Of a DNA stretch of 64,000 nt, positions 1 to 10,586 are shown in pieces (within the stretch, counting starts at the first letter, position 1; each line of letters starts with the position of its first letter). The notes beneath the pieces were generated by a model. The model was not told where the DNA came from. It searched no databases and saw only the letters and a program-made list of their open reading frames with translations. Source of the DNA: Minisyncoccia bacterium. Lineage in GTDB: Bacteria > Patescibacteriota > Minisyncoccia > Phycocordibacterales > UBA9973. A program made the translations under genes and the position numbers. The stretch covers positions 128,453 through 192,452 of the forward strand of contig JBAQFO010000014.1 of assembly GCA_049287305.1 (NCBI GenBank), in the 5' to 3' direction.

Positions 1-1093
1 AACAACCAAAAAGATTATTTGAGTTGAAGCAGTGGTCTGAGTAGTAAATATCATGAGAATCCACTATCTGCTGAGAGCCAATTACTTTATTGCTATCCAG
101 CATAGTGAGGACCTGGTAACATTCTGACCCTTCTCCCGTAAAAGACATGTCGTATGAGTCAATCGCACTTCTTACAGTAAAACAAAATTTTGAGTTCTCG
201 CCGCTCTTAATGTCAAAAGAATGATGAACATTGTGGGCATTGTATATGTGGTTTCCCGAAACACCGTTATTGTGAGAGCCAAAAAAAGCACGTTGCGGAA
301 TTTTTGTTCGTAATATATCACGTTCCTTCAAAATATACTCTAAACTTATTTTATTGCTTAATGGGTATTTCAGCACAAATTCTTTATATTTTTCTTTTGT
401 CACTGGTTTGTTAAAAATATAGTAAGATTTATTTACAAGACCTACACAACCTATGCAGTTAAGGCAGTTTCTACAGTCAAAAAGTCCGATACTGTCTACA
501 CAGCTCTCGCATTCCTGGGAATAAGATAGTTTTGTTGATCCCAAGCAATCAATGCATTCATAACAAGATTCTGATTTAAATAGATATAAATTGTCTATTG
601 AGTCTCGGCTATTCCAAACAATGTGGCCATAATCACAATCTTCATCGTCTAATCCGCCAAACACAAGGTAGCAATTCTTGCTTTGATTTATCTGATTGGA
701 ATACTCACAGTTTTCCGTCTGAGAATTCATAACAGCAACTCGCGGAACTAAGTTAAACAACTCTCTAAGCTGACTAAAAAACGGTTTCTTTTCGTCATAC
801 TCTATTCCGTAGGTCATAGGATTCCAGTCATCAGCCCACCACTCTGAAATAGAATATACTGGGAACAGAACATCCGGATTATACACGGTAACTATCATCT
901 CGCCAGATTTACTTGAGGGTCGTTTATATAATGTTTTAAAATTTCTAAAAAGCGTCCTTATTTGCTGTCTGCACATAGGACATTTTTCCGGAGAAGGCAC
1001 TCCCATTTTTTCATAAAATCCAAAATCATCAGGCTCTATTAAAAAGTCGTTTTTACAATTTTGACATATTCGGTTTTCGGTTTTATGTTCCAT
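1..1093 (-). CDS. Cysteine-rich zinc-ribbon protein, paralog of 40807..42513; 3' end runs off the window (not in the ORF track)
   Basis: Minus-strand ATG at 1091-1093. My manual translation reads MEHKTENRICQNCKNDFLIEPDDFGFYEK... then ...QTENCEY... and ...YIFNKPVTKEKYKEFVLKYPLSNK, in frame with no stops seen in the parts I checked. The N-terminal CxxC...C..C ribbon and the internal CxxC-x-NC-x-GC modules are collinear with the 568-aa ORF at 40807..42513. Confidence 0.6.
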   Translation of the reverse strand, partial: MEHKTENRICQNCKNDFLIEPDDFGFYEKMGVPSPEKCPMCRQQIRTLFRNFKTLYKRPSSKSGEMIVTVYNPDVLFPVYSISEWWADDWNPMTYGIEYDEKKPFFSQLRELFNLVPRVAVMNSQTENCEYSNQINQSKNCYLVFGGLDDEDCDYGHIVWNSRDSIDNLYLFKSESCYECIDCLGSTKLSYSQECESCVDSIGLFDCRNCLNCIGCVGLVNKSYYIFNKPVTKEKYKEFVLKYPLSNKISLEYILKERDILRTKIPQRAFFGSHNNGVSGNHIYNAHNVHHSFDIKSGENSKFCFTVRSAIDSYDMSFTGEGSECYQVLTMLDSNKVIGSQQIVDSHDIYYSDHCFNSNNLFGC

Positions 1094-1102
1094 ATTTTTA
1101 AT

Positions 1103-1528
1103 CTACGGGATGGCTGAAATTAAATTACTAACTGATATTTCAAGTTGATTCCTTACGGTTCTTGCAAAATCTAGGTTCTGGTTAAATGGATCAGGTATTT
1201 CCCAAAAAGTTACTTTACTGCTCTGTTTTACATATTCAGGAATATTTTCACTTGGGTTTATAACTATTACTTTATCAACTCCATTAAATATTTCTGGCGT
1301 TACTTGTTTTCTTGCACAATTAGAAACATCTATCCCTATTTCTTTCATAACTTCTACTATATTCATGTCTTTATCTTTTAGTTTTTGTCCTTCTCTATTG
1401 GAATTCTCTTTTACCACTTTTGTGCCAGCGGAGATTGCAACACCTTTTCCCTTGAAAAGATTATTAAAAATTGCTTCTGCGATCTGACTCCTTGCTACAT
1501 TGCCTGCACAAATAAATAAAATTTTCAT
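1103..1528 (-). CDS. Low-molecular-weight phosphotyrosine phosphatase / ArsC-type arsenate reductase
   Basis: N-terminal CAGNVARS P-loop (CX5R-S) in ILFICAGNVARSQIAEAI. Size of 141 aa is typical. Confidence 0.65.
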   Translation of the reverse strand: MKILFICAGNVARSQIAEAIFNNLFKGKGVAISAGTKVVKENSNREGQKLKDKDMNIVEVMKEIGIDVSNCARKQVTPEIFNGVDKVIVINPSENIPEYVKQSSKVTFWEIPDPFNQNLDFARTVRNQLEISVSNLISAIP

Positions 1529-2178
1529 AAATATGATTGTAGAATAATTTCTAAAGCTTTTAAGATATCTTCTTTTTTTATAAATAACTTATTTGCTCTG
1601 TCAAACTCCGGCATTAGTTCTATTGCCTCTTCTGTACACGAACAATGAACAAACAAATACGGAATCGTAAGTTGTTCTTTCTTTGCTGCGAGTAGAGTCC
1701 TGTACACCCAACTATTGCATGCATACTCACCCGCATCCTCAGAGATTTTTGATTCAAAAGGAATATTCGCTTCAGCAAAAAGTTTCTGCATGTTTTCTGT
1801 ATTCCATGCGGACAAATTGGTTTGCAGTTTTTCTTTTTCGGGTCGTGATGGGTCCAGCGGTTTATTATTTTCAAAAGAAGTAAGATATTTTTCATTGTTT
1901 ATCCAATTTATTCCATATCGCTCTAAACGAAATCCCTTTGCCTCAGATGCCATTCCAAAAGAAATAATTACATCAGCGCCTATCTCTTGTGCTTTTTTTA
2001 CTATTACTTCTCCCGGATTTTGTTCCCCTTCAGGGAATAATACAATTGCAGGAAAAATCAAAGAGTAAATTTCATGGTCTGCAATAACTTTTCCATCTGC
2101 AGATAGTGCCAGCCATTTAGTTGGGTTAGTTAAATATTTTCCGAAAGTTTCTGATCCTGTTATAAGCGCCTTTTTCAT
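1525..2178 (-). CDS. pcp: Pyroglutamyl-peptidase I (peptidase C15)
   Basis: ALITGSETFG N-terminus. Cys in EYACNSWVY and His in LFVHCS sit at the positions of the Pcp catalytic Cys/His. 217 aa. Confidence 0.55.
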   Translation of the reverse strand: MKKALITGSETFGKYLTNPTKWLALSADGKVIADHEIYSLIFPAIVLFPEGEQNPGEVIVKKAQEIGADVIISFGMASEAKGFRLERYGINWINNEKYLTSFENNKPLDPSRPEKEKLQTNLSAWNTENMQKLFAEANIPFESKISEDAGEYACNSWVYRTLLAAKKEQLTIPYLFVHCSCTEEAIELMPEFDRANKLFIKKEDILKALEIILQSYL

Positions 2179-5093
2179 TTCATTGAATTAGAAAATTTAT
2201 GATAAATAATATGGAGTTTTTTTACGTTTGTTTCGACTACTTTATTTTTGTCGGTAATAATAAACTTATCGTTATTTGTGACCTTGCCCAGCATGGTGTG
2301 CGGTATGTTCTTCACGACTTTTAGGAATGCAGAGACATTTTTAGGAGATACAGAAACCAATATCCTTCCTTGGCTTTCGGAAAATAGTTTTACTTCCGCG
2401 GAATTTGCCCCTCCCTGTAAATTTTTGATGGAAATATTGCATCCAATCATTCCTCCAACTAATGCCTTTGCAAGCGCTATTGCTAATCCTCCCGAAGTCA
2501 CTGAAAGCGAAGATGCTGCCAGTTCTTTTTGACTAATTTTTTCTACAGCTTTGTATATTTTTATATTTTTTACGGCATCAACTTTTGGCACGTTATTGCC
2601 GACATAACCCAGCATCTTGTAATATTCTCCCCCACCAAGCTCGTCATTAGTTTCTCCCAGCACATAAATTAAATCCCCAGGATTTTTAAATTCAGGTGAG
2701 ATAGTTTTATTTAAATTAGGCATTACCCCAATCGCGGATATTAAAAGAGTGGGGGGAATAGATATAGCCACCGAATTTCCACTTTCATCGTAGCCGTTAA
2801 AATCATTAAACATACTGTCCTTTCCGGAAATAAAAGGCGTGCCATAGCTTAGGGCGTAGTCGTAACATGCCCGGACCGCGCTTAAAAGCTGGCCTAAGCG
2901 CACGGGGTCTCCCGATGAACACCAGCAAAAGTTGTCCAGTATTGCCAAATGAGACATTGTGCCGCCGGACGCCACGGTGTTTCTAATGGCAGTATCAATC
3001 GCGCAAGCAGCCATATCATAGGTATTTATGTCTCCATAAGAAGGATAAGAACTTGAAGTAACAACGGCAGCTTTGGGGGAATTTAATATCGGGTGGAATA
3101 CTTGGGCGTCAGTATTGATGCGTCCTCTGCCAGAAAGGGGTTTAAGAACAGAGGAGGCTTGCACTTCGTGGTCGTATTGTTCCGAGATGAATGAAAATCC
3201 GGCAATATTTTTACTTCCCAGCAACATTTCCAATTCTTCGGTGTATGAATTTTTATTTGAAAATGTCGGCTCGGGATGGTTATGAATAACGGGTGCTGTA
3301 AATAATTGCTGTGAAGGTCTGCCGTCATGCAGGAATCCCATATCAATATCCATAATTTTTTTACCCGTGTATTTTACAATACATTTTCCCGAATTATTAA
3401 ATTTCCCAATAACAGTTGCTTCCACTCCCCTTTTGTCCATTAACTCCTGAAATATTTTCCAGTTATTTTTCGGCACAGAGAGAGTCATTCTTTCTTGTGA
3501 TTCAGAAATCCAAATTTCCCATGGACGAAGCCCCAGGTATTTTAAAGGAACTTTTTCTAAGTCCACCTCCACTCCCCCACACTCTTTTGCCATTTCAGCA
3601 ACCGAGCAAGACAATCCTCCGGCACCGTTGTCGGTGATACTGGTGTATAAGCCCATATCTCTCGCTTCTTTAGCAATCGCATCGCTTAATTTTTTTTGAG
3701 TTATGGGGTCTCCTATTTGGACAGCCGTTGCCGGAGAATTTGAATCCATTGCTACTGATGAAAACGTGGCTCCATGAATCCCATCCAAACCCACCCTTCC
3801 GCCAACCATTACGACATAATCCCCATTTTGTGCTGTTTTAAGATGAGAAGGCGCATTTTTTACTTTCCGAGGGATAATTCCTATAGTTCCGGCAAAAACT
3901 AGTGGTTTGGCGCGGTATCTGTCGTCAAATTTCAAAAAACCGGAAAGAGTCGGAATGCCTGAGCAATTTCCGCCAACGTTTATGCCTTTTATAACTCCGT
4001 CCATGATACGTTTCGGGGGAAGCATAGCTTGTGTCATCGCCCTATCCTTAAAATATTTTGTATCGTCTTCGGGCCGTCCCAAACAAAACCCGTAAAGGTT
4101 GGCGACAGGCCTTGCTCCCAATCCGAAACCAATGGTGTCCCTATTTACTCCGCCTATTCCCGTTATGGCTCCGCCAAAAGGGTCTAGAGCTGACGGGCTA
4201 TTATGAGTTTCTACTTTGTGGGTAATTAGATAATCTTTATCAAAAACTATCCCTCCGGAGTTGTCGGAAAATACCGATACGCAAAAATCTTTTTCTCCTT
4301 TTTGTTTTCGTATTAAATTTGTAGCGCCTTTGATGTATGTTTTATAAAGTCCGTCCACCACATCGTCTATCGGGTTGGCGAAAATAGTGTGTTTGCAATG
4401 CTCCGACCAAGTTTGCGCCAAGGATTCTATTTCAATATCTGTAGGGTTTCTTCCTAGCTCTGTAAAATATCTTTGAATTGCTTGCATTGACGGCAAGTCA
4501 AGAGCGAGCGGACCTCGTCGCTGCCCCTTCTCGTCTTTGACTCCTTCTTTGCCTATCCGCATCAACTCTTCTTCTCCTTCCGAAGCAATCGGAATTTCTA
4601 TAACGGGTTTGGATTTTTCAAGGATTACTTCCGGCGCCACCAGCGGAAAACCTTTTTTGTTTTTGATTTCACTAAAGTTTGCAACATAAGCTCTTTCTAT
4701 AAGAGGATTATAGAGAGACAAAGCCAACTTCTCCAGCTCACCTTCGTCTAGTTTTTCCGTAACTAAGAAAATTTTCGAAGTATAAACTTCCAGGGGGTCA
4801 CTACCCTTGAGGCCTAAAAGGTCAACAATTGTTTCCTTTGCGGTGTGTCCTGCGTTATCTGTCACCCCGGGCTTAAATCCGATTTCAATAGCGTGATGGA
4901 ATTTACCAACTTGAGGAAAAGAGTCTATGGAAAAGATTTCTATGGTGGGATTTGTGAGAGCTTGGGCGACCTTCTGTAATTTTTCCTTGCCTAATTTGTG
5001 GGTGATTAGATAGGATAAGACGGCGCTATTCTTAGCAAGACTTTTGTTTTTCGCCACGTATATCCGAGAAATCATATAGCTATAATATAGCAT
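2175..5093 (-). CDS. purL: Phosphoribosylformylglycinamidine synthase subunit PurL with a fused PurS-like N-terminal region
   Basis: FGAM synthase motifs SEHCKHTIF and KVETHNSPSALDPFGGAITGIGGVNRD. 972 aa with an N-terminal GVTDNAGHTAKE PurS-like segment. No purQ is adjacent. Confidence 0.8.
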   Translation of the reverse strand: MLYYSYMISRIYVAKNKSLAKNSAVLSYLITHKLGKEKLQKVAQALTNPTIEIFSIDSFPQVGKFHHAIEIGFKPGVTDNAGHTAKETIVDLLGLKGSDPLEVYTSKIFLVTEKLDEGELEKLALSLYNPLIERAYVANFSEIKNKKGFPLVAPEVILEKSKPVIEIPIASEGEEELMRIGKEGVKDEKGQRRGPLALDLPSMQAIQRYFTELGRNPTDIEIESLAQTWSEHCKHTIFANPIDDVVDGLYKTYIKGATNLIRKQKGEKDFCVSVFSDNSGGIVFDKDYLITHKVETHNSPSALDPFGGAITGIGGVNRDTIGFGLGARPVANLYGFCLGRPEDDTKYFKDRAMTQAMLPPKRIMDGVIKGINVGGNCSGIPTLSGFLKFDDRYRAKPLVFAGTIGIIPRKVKNAPSHLKTAQNGDYVVMVGGRVGLDGIHGATFSSVAMDSNSPATAVQIGDPITQKKLSDAIAKEARDMGLYTSITDNGAGGLSCSVAEMAKECGGVEVDLEKVPLKYLGLRPWEIWISESQERMTLSVPKNNWKIFQELMDKRGVEATVIGKFNNSGKCIVKYTGKKIMDIDMGFLHDGRPSQQLFTAPVIHNHPEPTFSNKNSYTEELEMLLGSKNIAGFSFISEQYDHEVQASSVLKPLSGRGRINTDAQVFHPILNSPKAAVVTSSSYPSYGDINTYDMAACAIDTAIRNTVASGGTMSHLAILDNFCWCSSGDPVRLGQLLSAVRACYDYALSYGTPFISGKDSMFNDFNGYDESGNSVAISIPPTLLISAIGVMPNLNKTISPEFKNPGDLIYVLGETNDELGGGEYYKMLGYVGNNVPKVDAVKNIKIYKAVEKISQKELAASSLSVTSGGLAIALAKALVGGMIGCNISIKNLQGGANSAEVKLFSESQGRILVSVSPKNVSAFLKVVKNIPHTMLGKVTNNDKFIITDKNKVVETNVKKLHIIYHKFSNSMK

Positions 5094-5141
5094 ACAAAAA
5101 CTAAAGACAAACAGCCTTTTTTCTGCTAGAATATCCCCAAT

Positions 5142-6152
5142 ATGAAAAATATCGTGACCGTTGGCGGAGGCACAGGAAGCTACACAGTTTTGTCGGGACT
5201 TAAGAATCTTTCAAATGTTTCTTTGGCGGCGCTTGTATCTATGTCGGACGATGGAGGCTCTACAGGAATCTTGCGAGACGAGCTTGGGGTCTTGCCGCCC
5301 GGGGACGTCAGACAGTGTTTGGTGGCGCTATCTGAACATACGGACATTGTGCGTAATCTGATGGGTTACCGCTTTGACGAAGGAACCCTGAAAGGCCATT
5401 CCTTCGGGAACATATTTTTAGCAGCCTTGGAAAAAGTGACGGGTGATTTTGCGCACGGAGTGGAAGTGGCGTCTGAAATTTTGAAAATAAAAGGAACGGT
5501 AATTCCTATCACCAAAGACAAAGCCGAGCTTTTAATGAGACTCGCGAACGGCAAAATAATAGAAGGAGAAGATAACATCCAAAACGACCAGGACATACAG
5601 AAATACGGATTAGAAAAATTATATTACAGTTCCGGGGTAACTTTGAGTGAAAAGGCTAAAGACGCAATCCTGGGAGCGGATTATATAATTCTAGGTCCGG
5701 GAAATTATTACTGCTCGGTGCTGCCTAATTTGGTGGTAGAAGGATTTACGGAAGTCATTTCCAAAACCACGGCAAAAATAATTTTTCCCGTAAACCTTAC
5801 CAACAAGTTAGAGCATACGATAAATTGGAAAGTTAGCGATTACGTGAAAGATATTGAAAAATATTTGGGTAGAAAAGTAGATGTTGTGCTGGTAAACAGT
5901 GAATTACCCACAAAGGAACAGATAGAAAAATATGAATTAAAAGAAGGAGAAGGTGTTTACGTGGAAGATGATTTTGAGGACCCGAGAGTAATTCGCGCTC
6001 CCCTTTTATCGCATGTTGTATATGTGAAGGGTGTTGGGGATGTTTTGCCAAGCACAAGAGGGTTCATCCGTCACGATTCGGAAAAAATAGCCAAGTGCGT
6101 TTATGAGATAATAAATACCCGCCTGAACGACCACTCAGTCGGGCAGGAATAA
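5142..6152 (+). CDS. YvcK/CofD-family protein (UPF0052, gluconeogenesis factor-like)
   Basis: VGGGTGSYTVLSGL...SMSDDGGSTGILRDELGVLPPGDVRQCLVAL is the family signature. Confidence 0.7.
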   Translation: MKNIVTVGGGTGSYTVLSGLKNLSNVSLAALVSMSDDGGSTGILRDELGVLPPGDVRQCLVALSEHTDIVRNLMGYRFDEGTLKGHSFGNIFLAALEKVTGDFAHGVEVASEILKIKGTVIPITKDKAELLMRLANGKIIEGEDNIQNDQDIQKYGLEKLYYSSGVTLSEKAKDAILGADYIILGPGNYYCSVLPNLVVEGFTEVISKTTAKIIFPVNLTNKLEHTINWKVSDYVKDIEKYLGRKVDVVLVNSELPTKEQIEKYELKEGEGVYVEDDFEDPRVIRAPLLSHVVYVKGVGDVLPSTRGFIRHDSEKIAKCVYEIINTRLNDHSVGQE

Positions 6153-6153
6153 C

Positions 6154-6750
6154 ATGAAATACATTTTTGATTTTGATGATGTTTTGTTTAAAAACACAGA
6201 CATGCTTAAGCCTAGAATTTTTCACATAATTTCTAGAGAGGCAGGGGTGACTGAAGAAAAAGTCAAAGAACGCTACCAAAAGAATCGAATAGAATTTTCG
6301 CTCGTTAATTTCATAAAAACATTTTTTACCGAGCCGGATATGTCAAAAATAGACCACATTTTCAAGGATATAATGAGTGAAAGCCATAAATTCTTAAATA
6401 TGGAACTAATAGAAGAGATAAAGAAGATAGATAAAAATGACTTATATATTGTTACTAACGGAGAAAATGATTTTAACTGGAGCAAGTTGGCCTATAGCGG
6501 GGTAATGGAATACTTTTTAACAGAACACATTGAAGTTGTGCCAGGGTCAAAACGGGATGCAATTCATAAAATTTGCGATGCAAATCCGAACGAAGAAATA
6601 ATTTTTATTGATGACAGGGACTATTTTATTGAAGATTTGGATAGTCCCAAACTTAAACCGTTATTGTATACGAAAGAAACTAGAGCCAGCGTGCATAAAA
6701 CGTTAAGAGAACTGTCTAAGAATCGCGCTTCTGAGTTAAGAATGAAATAA
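6154..6750 (+). CDS. HAD-superfamily hydrolase
   Basis: FDFDDVLF DxD motif at the N-terminus and a later IFIDDRDY motif. Its start overlaps the stop of the upstream gene. Confidence 0.5.
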   Translation: MKYIFDFDDVLFKNTDMLKPRIFHIISREAGVTEEKVKERYQKNRIEFSLVNFIKTFFTEPDMSKIDHIFKDIMSESHKFLNMELIEEIKKIDKNDLYIVTNGENDFNWSKLAYSGVMEYFLTEHIEVVPGSKRDAIHKICDANPNEEIIFIDDRDYFIEDLDSPKLKPLLYTKETRASVHKTLRELSKNRASELRMK

Positions 6751-6751
6751 T

Positions 6752-8167
6752 CTACCTCCAATATCTTTCTACGACATGATGTTCTTCGGGGCCGGTGCCG
6801 ACGTAAATAATTTTAGCGCCTAGCGTTGCCTCTAGAAATTTTACGTAAATCAGGGCTTCTTTCGGCAGCTTGTTGCCATAATCCGAGAGTTTTCCTTTCC
6901 ATGCCGGAAATGTTTTATAAATTGGTTTTATTTTAACCCTAGATAGGTCAAAGGGAATTTTTTCCGCTTTCTTTCCGTTTATTGAGTAAGCAACACATAC
7001 TTTTATTTGTTTTAAGCCGGAAAGGACATCAAGTTTGGTTAAGACGAGTTCTGTGGCGTTATTCATTTCAATCGCGTATTTCAAAAGCGGTATATCAATC
7101 CAGCCCGTTCGGCGGAGTCGTCCTGTGGTTGCGCCTATTTCGTGCCCTGCGCGCCTAAGGGCGACACCTTGCTCAAACTCACCTTTGCTATTTAAGTCGG
7201 GAAACGGGTATTTTGTCTTCTCTTCTATGTATTTCTTATCTCTACACCAAATTGCGGATTTTTCTCCGCCGAATTCAGTTGGGAAAGGACCTTCTCCTAC
7301 CTTTGTGACGTAGGCTTTTAGTATTCCAATAGCTCCGCCTATGTAGGACGGCGCTATCCCTAGTCCGGTGCCCACACCGCTTGCTATTGTGTGAGATGAA
7401 GTGACGAACGGATAGTGTCCGAATCTTACATCAAGCAAAGCCCCCTGAGCTCCTTCCGCTATTACTTTATTTCCTTTCTTGAGCGCTTCAAGAACCATTT
7501 GAGAAGAATCTATGTTTGGTAATGAGCGCAAAAATTCTACGCCTTTAAAAAACTTAGCTTCACCCTCCTTCAATTCTTTTTTTGAAAGTTCATATCCAAA
7601 AACCTTTCGAAGGGTAGTGCGGTGTTCTTCCGTAAGAGCTTTGTATTTTGTTTCAAAGTCTTTAAAGAATATATCTCCCACTCTTAGCGCTCTTCTTAGA
7701 GTAAGGTCGGTGTAAGACGGAGAAATCCCCTTCCCTGTTGAGCCGATTTTCTTTTTACCTTTTATTTTTTCTGAAACAGAATCCAATATTAAGTGGGTGG
7801 GAATAGTTAGTATGGCGTGAGGCGAGACAGAAATTCTATTCAAATAAGAAACATGAGTTGGAATCATCTGCGCTTCTTCCAGCAACGCGCTCGGGTTTAT
7901 AACCATACCTGCCCCAAGGTGTATATGGGCTTTGCCGAAAACCCCTGATGGTATGAGATGAAACACGTAGCAAACACCTCCGTGCCATATTGTATGTCCC
8001 GCGTTATTGCCTCCCTGGAATCTCACAATTAAATCATTTTTAGACAAGCCGGAGGCTATGCGAGCCACGCCTTTTCCCTTTCCTTCGTCTCCCCATTGTA
8101 GGCCAATAATAGGAGTAATTTTTGATGCCGATTTTTTTATATTTTTTACTCCTAATTTATTTTTCAT
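6752..8167 (-). CDS. purA: Adenylosuccinate synthetase
   Basis: GLQWGDEGKGKG...RFQGGNNAGHT signature. Confidence 0.9.
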   Translation of the reverse strand: MKNKLGVKNIKKSASKITPIIGLQWGDEGKGKGVARIASGLSKNDLIVRFQGGNNAGHTIWHGGVCYVFHLIPSGVFGKAHIHLGAGMVINPSALLEEAQMIPTHVSYLNRISVSPHAILTIPTHLILDSVSEKIKGKKKIGSTGKGISPSYTDLTLRRALRVGDIFFKDFETKYKALTEEHRTTLRKVFGYELSKKELKEGEAKFFKGVEFLRSLPNIDSSQMVLEALKKGNKVIAEGAQGALLDVRFGHYPFVTSSHTIASGVGTGLGIAPSYIGGAIGILKAYVTKVGEGPFPTEFGGEKSAIWCRDKKYIEEKTKYPFPDLNSKGEFEQGVALRRAGHEIGATTGRLRRTGWIDIPLLKYAIEMNNATELVLTKLDVLSGLKQIKVCVAYSINGKKAEKIPFDLSRVKIKPIYKTFPAWKGKLSDYGNKLPKEALIYVKFLEATLGAKIIYVGTGPEEHHVVERYWR

Positions 8168-8173
8168 AATTCA

Positions 8174-9673
8174 TTATTTGTTTTTGTAGTTAGGGGCGGG
8201 ACTTACCATGAAGATGTCATGGACATGGCTTTCATCGAGACCCGCGCGAGTAATTGTGTAAAAAGAGGAGTTTCGAAGTTTTTGTATGTTTTCCGCGCCC
8301 AAGTATCCCATTCCGGCTCGAAGCCCCCCGACATATTGATGTATAACGTCCGACAGAGCGCCTTTGTATGATACATGTCCAGAAACCCCTTCTGGGACGA
8401 GTTTCGTCAGGTCGTATTGGTCCTCCTGGAAATATCTGTCCTTCGAGCCTCTTTGCATTGCGCCCAAAGAACCCATGCCTCTATATTTTTTAAATTTTTG
8501 GTCATTCATGTTTATGGTGTCGCCAGGCGCTTCGTCTGTTCCCGCGAACATGCTTCCGGCCATAACGACATCCGCTCCGAATACCAAGGCTTTTACCACA
8601 TCTCCCGAATGCTTGATACCGCCATCAGCTATGACTGGAATATTTAATTTTTTACACACCTCGTAGACGGAAGAAACCGCGGAAAGTTGCGGCACGCCCA
8701 CGCCGGACACAATTCTCGTGGTGCAAATAGAGCCAGGGCCTATTCCAACCTTAATCGCGCTGGCTCCCGCTTTCGTGAGCGCTAGGGCGGCACTACCGGT
8801 AGCCACATTACCCGCGATGATATCCAATTTAGGAAAAGCTTTTCGGATTTTTTTTACAGCATCCAATACTCCCTTAGAATGTCCATGTGCCGTATCTACG
8901 CATACGACATCAACTCCTGCCTTCACCAAAGCTTCTACTTGAACCAAGACATCCGCTCCGGCTCCAACGGCTGCGCCGACACACAAACGACCAAGAGAAT
9001 CTTTTGTGGCGTTTGGGTATTCTTTTGATTTTGCTATATCGCGATAGGTAATCATTCCAACCAGTTTGTTGTTTTTATCCACCAATGGGAGTTTTTCTAT
9101 CCCGTATTGGCTGAACAGATTGTTGGCTTCCTCAATGTTGGTTTTTGGACCGCCGGTAATAAGTTTAGTGGTCATTATATTTTTTATAGGAGTTGATTCG
9201 TCTTTTTGAAAACGCATGTCGCGATTGGTGACAATTCCCACAAGTGAGCCGTCTTCTTCCACCACCGGGAATCCTCCGAAGTGGTATTTTTTCTGGATAT
9301 TAAAAACGTCGCCGACAGTGGCGGTAACGGGAATAGTTATCGGGTCTATGATTCGTCCTGATTCGTATCGCTTTACCCGCTCTACTTCGTGCGCTTGGTC
9401 TATGATGCCTAAGTTTTTGTGTATTATGCCTATTCCTCCCAATTCCGCTATAGCTATGGCCATCTTGGACTCCGTAACGGTATCCATTGCCGCGGACATA
9501 AATGGAATTTGAAGGCTGATGTTTTTTGTGAGTTTGGTTTTAGTAACAACATTTTTCGGAAGGACTTCGCTGTAATTCGGCACCAAAAGCACATCGTCAA
9601 AAGTAAGTCCTTGCCCTAAATCTTTTGGGGCGGAGTTCTTGCTTGTTTTTGAAGAAGTGTTTTTGTTGGGCAT
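8174..9673 (-). CDS. guaB: IMP dehydrogenase with CBS pair
   Basis: [12 protein letters not shown]-terminus, a CBS-domain insert, and the catalytic-loop region GSICTTR. Confidence 0.9.
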   Translation of the reverse strand: MPNKNTSSKTSKNSAPKDLGQGLTFDDVLLVPNYSEVLPKNVVTKTKLTKNISLQIPFMSAAMDTVTESKMAIAIAELGGIGIIHKNLGIIDQAHEVERVKRYESGRIIDPITIPVTATVGDVFNIQKKYHFGGFPVVEEDGSLVGIVTNRDMRFQKDESTPIKNIMTTKLITGGPKTNIEEANNLFSQYGIEKLPLVDKNNKLVGMITYRDIAKSKEYPNATKDSLGRLCVGAAVGAGADVLVQVEALVKAGVDVVCVDTAHGHSKGVLDAVKKIRKAFPKLDIIAGNVATGSAALALTKAGASAIKVGIGPGSICTTRIVSGVGVPQLSAVSSVYEVCKKLNIPVIADGGIKHSGDVVKALVFGADVVMAGSMFAGTDEAPGDTINMNDQKFKKYRGMGSLGAMQRGSKDRYFQEDQYDLTKLVPEGVSGHVSYKGALSDVIHQYVGGLRAGMGYLGAENIQKLRNSSFYTITRAGLDESHVHDIFMVSPAPNYKNK

Positions 9674-9691
9674 ATATTTTTTATACCATAT

Positions 9692-10108
9692 TTACACTAT
9701 TTTTGCTTGTTTTGTTTTTCGGTTCGCGAAGTAGGCATCCAATGAAAAAGAATCCGCTCCGTAGAGAAACGTGGAAATCGCTCCCATAGCCAAGCCAAAG
9801 TCCCTAACCCCAACGCCGTTGTAGCCAACAACGTAAGTAATGAGCAGTAAATGTAAAGCCGAGAGCAATCCTATTATTGTGGTAAAAAATCCCAGAAGCA
9901 AGAGAGTTCCTATAACTATTTCCATGGAACCGTTTATTATTACGAGAGTGCTTGCCTCAAATCCCGAAAGAGATGTTGCCCAGGATGGAATTAGCCCTAC
10001 CCAAGCGTTAGTATCTATAAGCTGTTGGACTCCAAACCACAAAATTACAAGCGCTACGCCTGTTCTGACAATGGTTGGAGCAATAACTTTCATTTTTTCT
10101 GATGACAT
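9692..10108 (-). CDS. DoxX-family membrane protein
   Basis: Four predicted TM helices and a DoxX-like profile. Confidence 0.45.
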   Translation of the reverse strand: MSSEKMKVIAPTIVRTGVALVILWFGVQQLIDTNAWVGLIPSWATSLSGFEASTLVIINGSMEIVIGTLLLLGFFTTIIGLLSALHLLLITYVVGYNGVGVRDFGLAMGAISTFLYGADSFSLDAYFANRKTKQAKIV

Positions 10109-10166
10109 ATCTAATTTTTTTTTAATTAATAATGTTTCAGCATTTTAGCATCCTGCGGGCGTGTTT

Positions 10167-10475
10167 TCAAGAATACTTTCTTACGCCTTCTTTTTTTAAA
10201 AGCGCAAGTTTGGTTTTCACTCCACCCTTGCCAGAATATCCGCCAAGGGCGCCATCGCTTCTTACAACCCTATGGCATGGGATTTTAGGAGCTAACGGGT
10301 TGGCTCCTACGGCATTTGCTACCGCCCGCACCGCGCTAGGCTTGCCAATGCGTCTGGCGAGTTCTTTGTAAGTTACCGTCTCCCCTTTCTTGATGCGCAA
10401 AAGCGCTCCCCATACTTTCTTTTGAAAAACAGTGCCTTTTAACTTTTCAATATCTGATTTATTAATTTTTTTCAT
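10167..10475 (-). CDS. ogt: Methylated-DNA-protein-cysteine methyltransferase, single-domain form
   Basis: TVTYKELA...IPCHRVV active-site motif. Confidence 0.75.
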   Translation of the reverse strand: MKKINKSDIEKLKGTVFQKKVWGALLRIKKGETVTYKELARRIGKPSAVRAVANAVGANPLAPKIPCHRVVRSDGALGGYSGKGGVKTKLALLKKEGVRKYS

Positions 10476-10586
10476 GGTTATTTATTTTTCAACATAGGCA
10501 TAAGTCTATTTTATCACAGCCATAAATTCCGGCAGTGTTTCCATTGGAATTACCTTATAGCGCTGCCACTCATGCAAAATGTTTTA

